A stretch of DNA of 64,000 nt from an uncultured Rivularia sp. (GTDB lineage: Bacteria; Cyanobacteriota; Cyanobacteriia; Cyanobacteriales; Nostocaceae), in NCBI GenBank assembly GCA_963665115.1, contig OY762007.1:7296001-7360000 (forward strand), written 5' to 3'. The notes under the pieces were generated by a model that was not told the origin of the DNA, did no database searches, and saw only the letters and a program-made list of their open reading frames with translations. Both the position numbers and the translations under genes were made by a program. Every line of letters begins with the position of its first letter. Positions within the stretch are counted from its first letter, which is position 1. Shown here piece by piece: positions 53,474 to 64,000 of this stretch.

Positions 53474-54678
53474 ATGTCCAAAAAAAGTTTAGCAAATTTA
53501 TCTAAAAGCGACTTGCAAGGTAAACGTGCTTTGGTAAGAGCGGATTTCAACGTTCCTTTGGATGATGCAGGCAATATCACAGATGATACGCGCATCCGGG
53601 CAGCATTACCTACAATTCAAGATTTGATTAGCAAAGACGCTAAAGTGATTCTAGCTAGTCACTTTGGAAGACCAAAAGGTGAAGTCAAGGATAAATTACG
53701 CTTAACCCCAGTTGCTAAAAGGCTTTCTGAGTTGTTAGGCAAAGAAGTTGTCAAATGCGATGACTGTATTGGTGATGATGTCACAAACAAAGTTGGGGCA
53801 TTGCAAAACGGAGACGTACTTTTATTAGAAAACGTCCGTTTTCACAGTGAAGAGGAGAAAAACGACTCCGAATTTGCGAAAAAATTAGCGTCAAATGCCG
53901 ATTTGTATGTAAATGATGCTTTCGGTACCGCTCACCGCGCCCATGCCTCCACTGAAGGCGTAACTCACTATCTCACTCCTTCCATAGCTGGATATTTGAT
54001 TGAGAAGGAATTACAGTATTTACAAAACGCCATTGAAAACCCCCAGCGTCCTTTAGCAGCAATTATCGGTGGTTCCAAGGTTTCCAGCAAAATCGGTGTA
54101 ATTGAAACCCTACTCGATAAATGCGACAAGCTAATTATCGGTGGTGGAATGATTTTCACATTCTACAAAGCCCGTGGTTTGAAGGTTGGTAAATCTTTAG
54201 TAGAAGAAGACAAATTAGAATTAGCGAAAACTTTGGAAGCTAAAGCCAAAGAAAAAGGCGTAGATTTATTATTACCTACAGATGTAGTTGTAGCAGATAA
54301 CTTTGCTGCCGATGCTAATTCTCAACCGTCAGCGTCGAAAATATTCCCGATGGTTGGATGGGCTTGGATATTGGACCAGATTCCGTGAAAAAGTTCCAGG
54401 AAGCCCTTGGAGACTGTAAATCAGTGATTTGGAACGGTCCTATGGGCGTATTTGAATTCGATAAATTCGCTGCTGGTACCGAGGCGATCGCCCATACTTT
54501 AGCTGACTTGAGCAAGAAAGGTGCTACCACAATTATTGGTGGGGGTGACTCCGTTGCAGCCGTGGAAAAAGTTGGTTTAGCCGACCAAATGAGCCATATT
54601 TCCACTGGTGGTGGTGCTAGTTTGGAATTGCTTGAAGGTAAGACATTACCCGGCATTGCAGCATTGAATGATGCTTAA
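53474..54678 (+). CDS. pgk: Phosphoglycerate kinase, split by a -1 frameshift at about 54324
   Basis: [47 protein letters not shown]. Adding one A restores [20 protein letters not shown]. Confidence 0.95.
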
Positions 54679-54738
54679 TTAGTTATTAGTGGTTAGTTGT
54701 TAGTTGCGAATTAACAATTAACACACAACTTTAAGTTT

Positions 54739-54843
54739 GTAGTAAGGACTTTAGTCCTCTTTCTTCCTGGTTAATAAATGAGAAAAGTGAGAATTATTTA
54801 CCTTGAAGATAATGGAAACAAGGGCTAAAGCCTTTACTACGAA
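54739..54843. repeat. Inverted pair of GTAG REP-like hairpins
   Basis: GTAGTAAGGACTTTAGTCCT ... AGGGCTAAAGCCTTTACTAC. Confidence 0.65.
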
Positions 54844-54882
54844 CGAACAAGAATTACATGAATTGCGATCGGAAAATAACCA

Positions 54883-55500
54883 ATGCAACCCAAATGGTTA
54901 GAATGGGCACAGAAAATTCAAGCTACTGCTCAAAATGGTTTAACGTATACAAAAAATATTTTTGACATCGAACGTTATCAGTATTTGCAGAAACTAGCAG
55001 CGGAAATTATTGCGAATCATACAAATGTTGAACAAAGTTATTTACAAGATTTGTTTACCAAAGAAACTGGATATGCTACTCCTAAAGTAGATGTGAGGGG
55101 TGCAGTTTTTCAAGATAATAAAATATTGTTGGTGAAAGAACGTTCTGATGGTTGTTGGACTTTACCCGGTGGATGGGCTGATATCGGTGAGTCTCCCAGT
55201 GAATCTGTAGTCAAGGAAATTTTGGAAGAATCTGGTTATCATGCCCGCGCTACAAAATTGATAGCTGTTTACGATAGAGATAAACAGGGACATCCACCCC
55301 ATCCAAATTATATTTATAAATTATTTTTTCAATGCGAACTTATTGGTGGTTCAGCTTCTATAAGTATTGAAACTGAAGATGTGGGATTTTTTGCAGAAGA
55401 TAATATTCCGCAATTATCATTAGGACGCATCTTACCGAATCAAATTACTAAATTATTTGAATATTATCGCAACCCGGATTTAGCTACAGATTTTGATTAA
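54883..55500 (+). CDS. NUDIX hydrolase with Nudix_N domain
   Basis: GYATPKVDVRG, WTLPGGWADIGESPSESVVKEILEESG. Confidence 0.92.
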   Translation: MQPKWLEWAQKIQATAQNGLTYTKNIFDIERYQYLQKLAAEIIANHTNVEQSYLQDLFTKETGYATPKVDVRGAVFQDNKILLVKERSDGCWTLPGGWADIGESPSESVVKEILEESGYHARATKLIAVYDRDKQGHPPHPNYIYKLFFQCELIGGSASISIETEDVGFFAEDNIPQLSLGRILPNQITKLFEYYRNPDLATDFD

Positions 55501-55835
55501 TTTGTTAAAAAAGAATATTTGTTTATTACTATGTAAAGTTATAGGAATATTCTATATCGAAAGTAGTAGATATGAAGCTAACTATTACTTTTGATAGATT
55601 GGTTAATAATCGAAGCCTGAGATATTAATATACGGATTGAAAATTAACTCAAAGATATAGAAAGATACTTTAGTATTTTTTATTTTTAAAGAATACTAAA
55701 TTTTCCTTTGCTATTAAAGTGTTAATAGAGAATCGATTATTTTCTGGTAGTAATTCGTAGAATACTATTGAATTAATTATACCAAAAAAGCTAATTTTCC
55801 ATAGTTATTGCGAACTATTATCAGTCAATAATTTC

Positions 55836-57590
55836 ATGGCTAATCTTTTAGTGGAGGGCAATCAAAAAAACAGAAAAACATCCGTTGTCAAAAACCATGC
55901 AAGGAGAAATATGGATACGGAATCACAACTTTTTCAAACCGATGCTTTTCTTCCGGTAAATCTTTTAGAAGAATCGAATTTTAATGAAACGAATGTCAGT
56001 ACCTCGATATCAGACATAGGATCTATCGAACCTTTAGCCATTGAGAATGTTGACTATTTCAATTCGATGGATGCGAATATAGAAAGCGATGTTTTGATAG
56101 ATTCGGATAGCCTCAATAGTAATGAAGATTCAGACCAAATTACAGGAACTGAAAATGCTGCTGTTTTAGTAGGAGCGTCTCTTACACCAACTATCTCTCC
56201 GACTCCTCAAAGTGCTGGTGGCAAGGTTTATTACGTTTCTCCAAGCGGTAGCGATGAAAATTCCGGTTCGCAAAATAGTCCTTGGAAAAGTATTAATTAT
56301 GCAGTGAGTGAAGATTCTCCTATCGCTGCGGGTGATACCGTTTTAGTTCAACCGGGTACTTATACAGAGTTAATTAGCCTTGGTAAATCTGGTAGCGATT
56401 CCCAGAGAATTACCCTCAAAGCCAACGGCGATGTAACATTGCGCGACCCCAATCCTAATAGCGGTGGTTTTCCAGAAGGTGTGATTCAATCACCCGGACA
56501 GAGCAACTGGGTAATTGATGGTTTTCGGATAGAAAATACATCTTGGGCTGGAATATCTCTAAGCGACGCTAAAAATATCACCGTTCAGAACAACGAAACT
56601 TATCAAACTGGAAGTTCTGGAATCATTGCTTTACCCAAAACCTTTTTTGGAGGTGGAGAAAAAGAAATTACCGGAAGCAATGTCAAGATACTTAACAATA
56701 CTGTCGAACGAGCTAACTGGAAATGGGATGGCCCCGGAGATACCGATGGCGATCAAGAAGCATTGAGCATCTGGGGTGTTGATGGTTTTGAGGTTGCAAA
56801 CAATACGATGATTGACGGTAAGCGAGAAGGTTTAGATATCAAAGTGGGTTCTCGCAACGGTTTGATTCACGATAATTCCATCACCACTCAAGCTCTGATT
56901 TCCGGTACTTACGAAGGTTTTAGGGGTGGTGCTGCTATCTATGTAGATGGTAATCGAGCCGATTCATTTAACCTTGACATTTATAACAACGAAATCTTTG
57001 CTAATACTGCTGATGCAATTTTGCTAGCAGATGAAGTTCCCAGTGTCGGGGATGTTTCTGACATCAATATCTACAACAACGTCATTTATGGTAACGGAAG
57101 ACGGGTTGAAAATGGTGGTGTAGGAGTTGCGATCGCCAACAATGTAAAGGATGTAGAGATTGTAAATAACACTTTTGCCAATAATGTTCAAGGGATTAAC
57201 ATCGATAATAAGAATAGCGGTTACAATCCTCGCGACATCTTGATTCGCAACAATATTTTTTCTGACAACAGTTACCAAAATGTATATTTTGAAGATGCAA
57301 GTAACGTAACTTTAGACAATAACTTGTTTACGAATACAGAAGAAAATGCAGATAAAACCGAAATTCTTTATGACGGAGGGCAAAGAGTCGGGAATCTTAA
57401 CGTTTTCGATAATGAGTTAGCCCAATCAGTTGATTTTGTTAATTTAGAAGGCAACGATTACCGTCTTATATCCAACTCGCCAGCAATTGATATTGCTTCT
57501 TCCTCAATTGGTGACTATGCACAATTTGATAAAGATGGAAATCAACGTAGTGGTGGTAGCGGAGTTGATGCAGGTGCTTATGAATTTTAG
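55836..57590 (+). CDS. Right-handed beta-helix (pectin-lyase-like/DUF1565) protein with a choice-of-anchor-Q-like C-terminus
   Basis: YYVSPSGSDENSGS..PWKSI, GDTVLVQPGTY, repeated I.NN strands, SPAID..DKDGNQR..DAGAYEF. Confidence 0.85.
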   Translation: MANLLVEGNQKNRKTSVVKNHARRNMDTESQLFQTDAFLPVNLLEESNFNETNVSTSISDIGSIEPLAIENVDYFNSMDANIESDVLIDSDSLNSNEDSDQITGTENAAVLVGASLTPTISPTPQSAGGKVYYVSPSGSDENSGSQNSPWKSINYAVSEDSPIAAGDTVLVQPGTYTELISLGKSGSDSQRITLKANGDVTLRDPNPNSGGFPEGVIQSPGQSNWVIDGFRIENTSWAGISLSDAKNITVQNNETYQTGSSGIIALPKTFFGGGEKEITGSNVKILNNTVERANWKWDGPGDTDGDQEALSIWGVDGFEVANNTMIDGKREGLDIKVGSRNGLIHDNSITTQALISGTYEGFRGGAAIYVDGNRADSFNLDIYNNEIFANTADAILLADEVPSVGDVSDINIYNNVIYGNGRRVENGGVGVAIANNVKDVEIVNNTFANNVQGINIDNKNSGYNPRDILIRNNIFSDNSYQNVYFEDASNVTLDNNLFTNTEENADKTEILYDGGQRVGNLNVFDNELAQSVDFVNLEGNDYRLISNSPAIDIASSSIGDYAQFDKDGNQRSGGSGVDAGAYEF

Positions 57591-57608
57591 AAAATAGTTT
57601 TTTAGAAC

Positions 57609-57652
57609 TATGGGTTACACTTTACTGACTTCAGTGAATTGATGTAACTCAT
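57609..57652 (+). terminator. Hairpin after the beta-helix gene
   Basis: ATGGGTTACA..TGTAACTCAT inverted repeat. Confidence 0.45.
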
Positions 57653-58184
57653 TTCTCATATTTAGTAAACAGTCTTTGTTTTATAAGTAACTTTACTGAA
57701 AAAAAGTATAAACCCCCTGTTTTAAGTTTTTAAATAACTATGCTTTTATGCTTCGGAATTTAAGTTATACCAATAAAAATTGATTAAATTAAGTTTTTTT
57801 ACTTATTGAGTATAAAAGGTTTATCAAAAACTATTTAAATTTAAGACTTTTAACTATTCGCGCATCGATCCCGAATTAGGTGCTAGCTCTGAAGAAATAT
57901 ACTTTTCAAGTGGTTAAGATGACCTTAATCACTTTTAGATGCGGTTAATCGTTGTTATTTATGGAAATAAAATATTTATTTTTCGTTGTTCAAGTAAAAA
58001 TAGCTGACTGCAACTTAAATCAATAAATATTTATATAAATTGTTTAAATAAATAAACCGCATAAAAAAAACTTTTGTTTAAAGAAAATTGGAATTAGTAA
58101 TTTCGTTGATCGATTTTGCTAACCATTTTCTTCGTTCGATAAATCTTTAAATTAAGACTCTATATTGATTGGGAGTGCATATAA

Positions 58185-61100
58185 ATGATTAATAACAATT
58201 CAGGTTTAAAATTCTCTAATTTGGACGGCGAGAATAATTTAATATCAGATGAAATGAAGCCACTTTCTCTTGCCGAACTATTAGCCGCTCACGATCATGG
58301 TGACGACGAACACCACGAACACGACCATGATTTTGCCGGTGACGATGAACACCACGAACATGACGAACACGACCATGATTTTGCTGGTGACGATGAACAC
58401 CACGAACATGACGAACACGACCATGATTTTGCTGGTGACGATGAACACCACGAACATGACGAACACGACTATGATTTTGCCGGTAGCGATTCAACAAATA
58501 CAGATTCAGCTCCAATATCTGTATCTGCCAATGTTATAAATCCTCCTACAGCCACAATTGACGTTAATTATTATGGCTTTTCCGAAGAAGCTAAAAATGC
58601 TTTTGAATATGCAGTAACAATCTGGGAAGGATGGATCAAATCAGACGTTGCAATTGAAGTTGATGCTTACTGGCAAGATTTAAGTCAATACGGTTCTGGT
58701 GTTCTTGGTGCGGCTTCACCATACAGTTTTAAAAGAAATTTTACTGGTGCAACTCAAGAGAATACCTACTATGCAATGCCATTAGCTAATCATTTAGCTG
58801 GTGAAGACTTAAACGGCGATCGCGCTGAAATTGAAGCTTGGTTTAACAGCGATTTTTCTAAGTGGGATTTTGGTACTGACGGTAAACCATCAACAGGTAA
58901 ATATGATTTTACAACCGTAGTCTTGCACGAGTTAGGACATGGTTTTGGATTAACGGATTTTATAGACTACAACAATGGTAAAGGTAGTTATGGAAATACA
59001 ATTTTTGAAAGCTTTATAGTTAATAGTGATAATCAAAGTCTCAATACGTTTGAAAATAATTCTAAGGAATTAGGAAAGCAGTTAACTAGCAACAACCTGT
59101 TTTTTAGCGGTGCTAACACAACAGAAGCTAATGGTGGCGAACAAATCAAGTTATATGCGCCTGGTAAATGGGAATATGGCTCCAGCATCGCCCATTTTGA
59201 TGAGAAAACATACACCAAAGGTGATGCAGCTTTGATGACACCTTATTTCAAAGGTGGTGAAGCAATTCATAATCCTGGTGCGATTACTTTGGGTGTTTTA
59301 GAAGATTTGGGCTGGGATATTAACAAGGTTGATACTAAATCCCCTAAAATTACACCTACCTCACAGGAAGACACTCCAACAGCGCAAGCAAACATTATCA
59401 AAATTGAGGAAAGTGAACTTACTTCCTACGCAGGGCAAGACAAAGATTCAATATTAACCATCTCAGATAACTTTCAAGAGATCGCAATTAACGGAAATGG
59501 TTGGAAGAAACTTGCAATAGACTACTCCATTACTGAAAAAACCATCTTAGAATTTGAATTCCAAAGCGATATCAGAGGAGAGATTCAAGGTATCGGCTTT
59601 GATACTGACGATAAGTTTGGCAGTAAAACTGATAAAAAGATATTTTTCCAGCTAGAAGGAACTGACAAACTTGGTGTTCGCGACTTTAAGCAAGATATTA
59701 CCGGACAAGGTTGGAAAACTTATCAAATTACGGTTGGAGACTACTTCAGTGGCGATTTTAACTATCTTACCTTTGTTAACGACCACGATAAAGGCGACAA
59801 AAATGCAGCTAGTAAGTTTCGCAATCTAAGATTATACGAAGAAGGTCAACAGTTTGCACCAGTAGAAACTCCAACTGCTCCTGCACCAGTCGAAAATCCC
59901 GTTGCTCCAACAGTAGAGACTCCCATTGCTGCACCAGTCGAAAATCCCGTTGCTCCAACAGTAGAGACTCCAACAACACAACCAAGCATTATTCAAATAG
60001 AGGAAAGTAAACTTACTTCCTATGCTGGGCAAGACGAAAATTCTACCTTTGCGATCTCAGATAACTTTCAAGAAATAGAAATTCAAGGAAATGGTTGGAA
60101 GAAACTTGCTTTAGACTACGCAATTACCGATAAAACAATTCTAGAATTTGAATTTCAAAGCGATATCAAGGGAGAGATTCAAGGTATTGGCTTTGATACT
60201 GACGACAAGTTCGGTAGTAGCGACGATAAAAAGCTATTATTCCAGTTAGAAGGAAGTCAAACAGCCGGTGTTTCTGACTTCAAAGACAATGTTACAGCAC
60301 AAGGTTGGAAAACTTATCAAATAACGGTGGGAGATTACTTTAGTGGTAATGTTAACTATCTCACATTCGTTAACGACCATGATGGTGGCGATAAAAATGC
60401 AGCTAGTAAATATCGCAACTTAAGGTTATACGAAGAAGGTCAACAGTTTGCACCAGTAGAGACTCCAATTCTTCCACCATTAGAAACTCCAATTACTCCA
60501 CCAGTAGAGACTCCAACAACACAACCAAGCATTATTCAAATAGAGGAAAGTAAACTTACTTCCTATGCTGGGCAAGACGAAAATTCTACCTTTGCTATCT
60601 CAGATAACTTTCAAGAAATAGAAATTCAAGGAAATGGTTGGAAGAAACTTGCTTTCGACTATGCAATTACCGATAAAACAATTTTAGAATTTGAATTTCA
60701 AAGCGATATCAAGGGAGAGATTCAAGGTATCGGCTTTGATACTGACGATAAGTTTGGTAGTAAAACTGATAAAAAGATATTTTTCCAGCTAGAAGGAGCT
60801 GACAAACTTGGTGTTCGCGACTTTAAGCAAGATATTACCGGACAAGGTTGGAAAACTTATCAAATTACGGTTGGAGACTACTTCAGTGGCGATTTTAACT
60901 ATCTTACCTTTGTTAACGACCACGATAAAGGCGACAAAAATGCAGCTAGTAAGTTTCGCAATCTAAGATTATACGAAGAAGGTCAACAATTTCTACCAGT
61001 AGAGACTCCAATTCTTCCACCATTAGAAACTCCAATTACTCCACCAGTAGAGACTCCAACAACACAACCAAGCATCATTAAGATTGAGCAAGACAAACTT

Positions 61101-62042
61101 ACTTCCTACGCAGGGCAAGACAAAGATCCTATCTTTAATATCTCAGATAACAATCAAGAGATAGAAATTAACGGAAATGGTTGGAAGAAACTTGCAATAG
61201 ACTACTCCATTACTGAAAAAACCATTTTAGAATTTGAATTCCAAAGCGATATCAGAGGAGAGATTCAAGGTATCGGCTTTGATACTGACGATAAGTTTGG
61301 TAGTAAAACTGATAAAAAGATATTTTTCCAGCTAGAAGGAACTGACAAACTTGGTGTTCGCGACTTTAAGCAAGATATTACCGGACAAGGTTGGAAAACT
61401 TATCAAATTACGGTTGGAGACTACTTCAGTGGCGATTTTAACTATCTTACCTTTGTTAACGACCACGATAAAGGCGACAAAAATGCAGCTAGTAAGTTTC
61501 GCAATCTCAAACTTTATGAAGGTGATACGAATAAATTAAGTCAAGCTAATACCGATGAAAATTCCGATTTCACATTAACAATAAAAGACAGTACCAAAAA
61601 TTTCAATCTTTCTTCCTACGGTGGTACAAATCAAGACAGAGGGAAATTTCAGATTTCAGATGACAAAACCGAAGTTAATATCGAAGGTAACAGTTGGAAT
61701 AAATTAGATATTAATAACTACAACGTCACCGAAAATACCGTTCTCAAATTTGAATTTCAAAGTAATGAAGAAGCAGAAATTCAGGGTATTGGTTTTGATA
61801 ACGACGATATTATCAGTGGTGGCGATCGCTCTAACTTATTCCAAGTTGCAGGAACTCAAGACTGGGGTATCGAATTAGAAGATAGCTACACCATCGGTTC
61901 CGGATGGCAAACTTATGAAGTCAACGTCGGAGACTATATAAGCGGTGCATTCGACTATCTCACCTTAGCCAATGATGACGATATTTCCAATTCAACAGCA
62001 CAAAGTCAGTTCCGCAACATTTCCCTATCTGAGATGGGATAA
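58185..62042 (+). CDS. Large zinc metalloprotease-like protein with His/Asp-rich repeats and five repeated beta-sandwich domains
   Basis: VVLHELGHGFG, SSIAHFDE, ALMTP; GDDEHHEHDEHDHDFA repeats; five SY(A/G)G.Q..GIGFD..YLT..ND domains with Pro/Thr linkers. Confidence 0.85.
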   Translation: MINNNSGLKFSNLDGENNLISDEMKPLSLAELLAAHDHGDDEHHEHDHDFAGDDEHHEHDEHDHDFAGDDEHHEHDEHDHDFAGDDEHHEHDEHDYDFAGSDSTNTDSAPISVSANVINPPTATIDVNYYGFSEEAKNAFEYAVTIWEGWIKSDVAIEVDAYWQDLSQYGSGVLGAASPYSFKRNFTGATQENTYYAMPLANHLAGEDLNGDRAEIEAWFNSDFSKWDFGTDGKPSTGKYDFTTVVLHELGHGFGLTDFIDYNNGKGSYGNTIFESFIVNSDNQSLNTFENNSKELGKQLTSNNLFFSGANTTEANGGEQIKLYAPGKWEYGSSIAHFDEKTYTKGDAALMTPYFKGGEAIHNPGAITLGVLEDLGWDINKVDTKSPKITPTSQEDTPTAQANIIKIEESELTSYAGQDKDSILTISDNFQEIAINGNGWKKLAIDYSITEKTILEFEFQSDIRGEIQGIGFDTDDKFGSKTDKKIFFQLEGTDKLGVRDFKQDITGQGWKTYQITVGDYFSGDFNYLTFVNDHDKGDKNAASKFRNLRLYEEGQQFAPVETPTAPAPVENPVAPTVETPIAAPVENPVAPTVETPTTQPSIIQIEESKLTSYAGQDENSTFAISDNFQEIEIQGNGWKKLALDYAITDKTILEFEFQSDIKGEIQGIGFDTDDKFGSSDDKKLLFQLEGSQTAGVSDFKDNVTAQGWKTYQITVGDYFSGNVNYLTFVNDHDGGDKNAASKYRNLRLYEEGQQFAPVETPILPPLETPITPPVETPTTQPSIIQIEESKLTSYAGQDENSTFAISDNFQEIEIQGNGWKKLAFDYAITDKTILEFEFQSDIKGEIQGIGFDTDDKFGSKTDKKIFFQLEGADKLGVRDFKQDITGQGWKTYQITVGDYFSGDFNYLTFVNDHDKGDKNAASKFRNLRLYEEGQQFLPVETPILPPLETPITPPVETPTTQPSIIKIEQDKLTSYAGQDKDPIFNISDNNQEIEINGNGWKKLAIDYSITEKTILEFEFQSDIRGEIQGIGFDTDDKFGSKTDKKIFFQLEGTDKLGVRDFKQDITGQGWKTYQITVGDYFSGDFNYLTFVNDHDKGDKNAASKFRNLKLYEGDTNKLSQANTDENSDFTLTIKDSTKNFNLSSYGGTNQDRGKFQISDDKTEVNIEGNSWNKLDINNYNVTENTVLKFEFQSNEEAEIQGIGFDNDDIISGGDRSNLFQVAGTQDWGIELEDSYTIGSGWQTYEVNVGDYISGAFDYLTLANDDDISNSTAQSQFRNISLSEMG

Positions 62043-62098
62043 GGGAGTAGGGAGTAGTTGGGAATTTTCTACCCTCTCTTCCCCCTCTTCCCCTCTCA

Positions 62099-62536
62099 CT
62101 ATTTCTCTCCAGCGCCAGCCATCAGACTTTCTTCAAGTTTCTGCAACTGAGGTGTTAATCTACCTCTAGGAATTTTCAAAAGTAGATGATTCTTAGCCTG
62201 AAAAGCTTTAACCAAATATTTGCAGGCTTTTTCAGGTTCTGCATTTTCTCCGCAGGTAAACATATCTACAGCGATATAGCCAATTTCAGGCCAGGTGTGA
62301 AGCGAAACGTGAGACTCTGCTAACAGTGCTAAAGCCGTTACACCGTATGGTTCAAATTGATGCGTCAATTCCTTGAGCAAAGTTGAGTCAGCTTCTTTGA
62401 CTCCTTCTTCCAAAGCTTTTTTAATAAAATCAACATCGTTAAGCAAATCTTTAGGACAGTCATACAGTTCCAAAAGACAGTGACTACCCACCGGAACCAA
62501 AGGAGTGTCTGTTTCTAAATATGATTGATTTCCCAA
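62099..62536 (-). CDS. speD: S-adenosylmethionine decarboxylase proenzyme (likely TTG start at 62536)
   Basis: GSHCLLELYDC, LLAESHVSLHTWPE, DMFTCG. Confidence 0.9.
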   Translation of the reverse strand: MGNQSYLETDTPLVPVGSHCLLELYDCPKDLLNDVDFIKKALEEGVKEADSTLLKELTHQFEPYGVTALALLAESHVSLHTWPEIGYIAVDMFTCGENAEPEKACKYLVKAFQAKNHLLLKIPRGRLTPQLQKLEESLMAGAGEK

Positions 62537-62597
62537 TTTATCACCCTTTAACAACAAGCTTGTGATTGTATCATTTATCAGTGACCAATGACCAGTT

Positions 62598-62816
62598 AAG
62601 GTCAAAGGTTAAAGGTTAAAGGTCAAAGGTTAAAGGTCAAAGGTTAAAGGTCAAAGGTTAAAGGTCAAAGGTTAAAGGTCAAAGGTTAAAGGTCAAAGGT
62701 TAAAGGTCAAAGGTTAAAGGTCAAAGGTTAAAGGTCAAAGGTTAAAGGTCAAAGGTTAAAGGTCAAAGGTTAAAGGTCAAAGGTTAAAGGTTAAAGGTTA
62801 AAGGTTAAAGGTTAAA
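62598..62816. repeat. Heptamer tract with a 14-bp period (AAAGGTT-AAAGGTC)
   Basis: Strict alternation over most of the tract. Confidence 0.95.
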
Positions 62817-62868
62817 ATTATTTCTGTCCCCTTGTCCCCCCATCTCCCCACCTCCCCATCCCTTCTAA

Positions 62869-63999
62869 CTACGGTTGCGATTCCTCTGTTGCTGTCGGTG
62901 TTGGTGTTACTTTCGGCGTTGGTGTCGGTGTTGATGTTACTTTCGGCGTTGGTGTTGGTGTTGGCGTTGGTGTTGGTGTTGGTGTGGGGGTTGGCTCTGG
63001 TGTCGGCTCTGGGGTTGGTTCTAGAGTCGGTTCTGGTGTTGGTTCTGGTGTCGGCTTTGGAGGTGGTGCGGGGTTTTCCACATTTAAGCGCATCCGATAA
63101 TCTTGAGATTCGGTTGATGTAGAGACGATGACGAATTCGTAATATCCGTTTTCTCGCAGAGTTCCAGACCACGAGCGTCTTGTGGAATCTTCTAATAATA
63201 CTCTTTGACCGGAGGGTGAATATATGGAAAACAGTACTTTGGGAGAAGCTGTTAAGTTGACTTGCATTCTTTGATTTCTGCTTAACTGAGCGATGAAAAC
63301 TTTACCTTGTAAACTTGTAAAGCTACCGCTTCTGGTAACGGTTGTATCACCGTTTGCAAATCGCAGTTTCTCATAAGCGCTCTTTGCAAATACAGCATTT
63401 ACTTTGTCAAATACAAATCCATGCCACATTTGCCCTACGGGTTCGTTAAGAAATTTTTTACCTCTTTGCTCCGGGAATATTCTGTAAAATGGTGCGTCGG
63501 CTAAATCATATACCGAACGACTGCCGACGTTAATATTGTTGACTCGAACTTTCCAGCGATCGCGGTCTGAAGAGGTAAAGGTTCCGAGTTTGCGGCGTGC
63601 GTCAGAACTTAACTGGGACATATTGTTGAGCAATTTGCTTGCTGTTTCGTCCCATTGTGTGCGTAAGACTGCATCTTCAGGTTCATCGCTCAATGTGCGT
63701 CCTTCTAAACTAGGGTTTTTCTCCCAAAATATTTGATTAACTAGTTTTACATAGAAGTTACGGTCTATACCAAGTTGTTCGCGTCTTGCTTTGAGTCTTT
63801 CTTTGCGTTGCTTTTCTTCTGGGGAAAAACTTGAGGAGATTGTTGGATCGGAACCTGTGTTTGTAAATTGAGAAATAGCACCATAAGTTAAACCACCTAA
63901 AACAACCATTGCGAAAAATAGCATGGCAATTCTTGCGGGTGTCCACCAAGGTGTAGATTTTGGCTGAGATTCGGAAAAACCGGGTGAAGTGGTTTTTGG
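62869..63999 (-). CDS. Partial gene (5' end outside window): TM helix, extracytoplasmic domain and PT/PE-rich tail; probably a Ser/Thr kinase C-terminus
   Basis: Frame open to the window edge (..PWWTPARIAMLFF..). The kinase domain itself is not visible. Confidence 0.65.
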   Translation of the reverse strand, partial: PKTTSPGFSESQPKSTPWWTPARIAMLFFAMVVLGGLTYGAISQFTNTGSDPTISSSFSPEEKQRKERLKARREQLGIDRNFYVKLVNQIFWEKNPSLEGRTLSDEPEDAVLRTQWDETASKLLNNMSQLSSDARRKLGTFTSSDRDRWKVRVNNINVGSRSVYDLADAPFYRIFPEQRGKKFLNEPVGQMWHGFVFDKVNAVFAKSAYEKLRFANGDTTVTRSGSFTSLQGKVFIAQLSRNQRMQVNLTASPKVLFSIYSPSGQRVLLEDSTRRSWSGTLRENGYYEFVIVSTSTESQDYRMRLNVENPAPPPKPTPEPTPEPTLEPTPEPTPEPTPTPTPTPTPTPTPTPKVTSTPTPTPKVTPTPTATEESQP

Positions 64000-64000
64000 T

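Noticed and set aside
53474..54678. pgk pseudogene
   Set aside because: Essential Calvin-cycle enzyme with a single missing base and no other decay
59394..61520. Diversity-generating retroelement TR/VR pair
   Set aside because: Repeats are in-frame whole domains, differences are not adenine-specific, and no reverse transcriptase is present

Overview
AT-rich chromosomal region of a filamentous, probably heterocyst-forming cyanobacterium (many HIP1 GCGATCGC octamers, STRR heptamer tracts, a patD-like gene; Nostocales, possibly Rivulariaceae, by inference). Mostly housekeeping and stress genes: OCP, sodB, cca, relA/spoT, mgdE-like, pepP, ftsH, clpR-clpP, nucA-nuiA, hemW, pgk, speD. Accessory content includes a four-gene chaperone-usher-like pilus locus, a TetR fused to a degenerate tyrosine-recombinase domain with two upstream operator-like palindromes, a membrane protein resembling a Rieske-oxygenase catalytic domain without its Rieske domain, two tandem FG-GAP proteins, and a large zinc metalloprotease with His-rich and mosaic repeats. 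Intergenic DNA is dense with tiny nested mobile repeats: MITEs, GTAG REP-like hairpins, ~24-nt elements (one in frame inside cca), and an orphan IS605/TnpB omegaRNA 3' end. Five genes carry single-base frameshifts, three at GGCC-adjacent homopolymers; these are most likely assembly errors. No rRNA, tRNA or CRISPR array was seen. All assignments are from motif recognition by eye, with no database searches.
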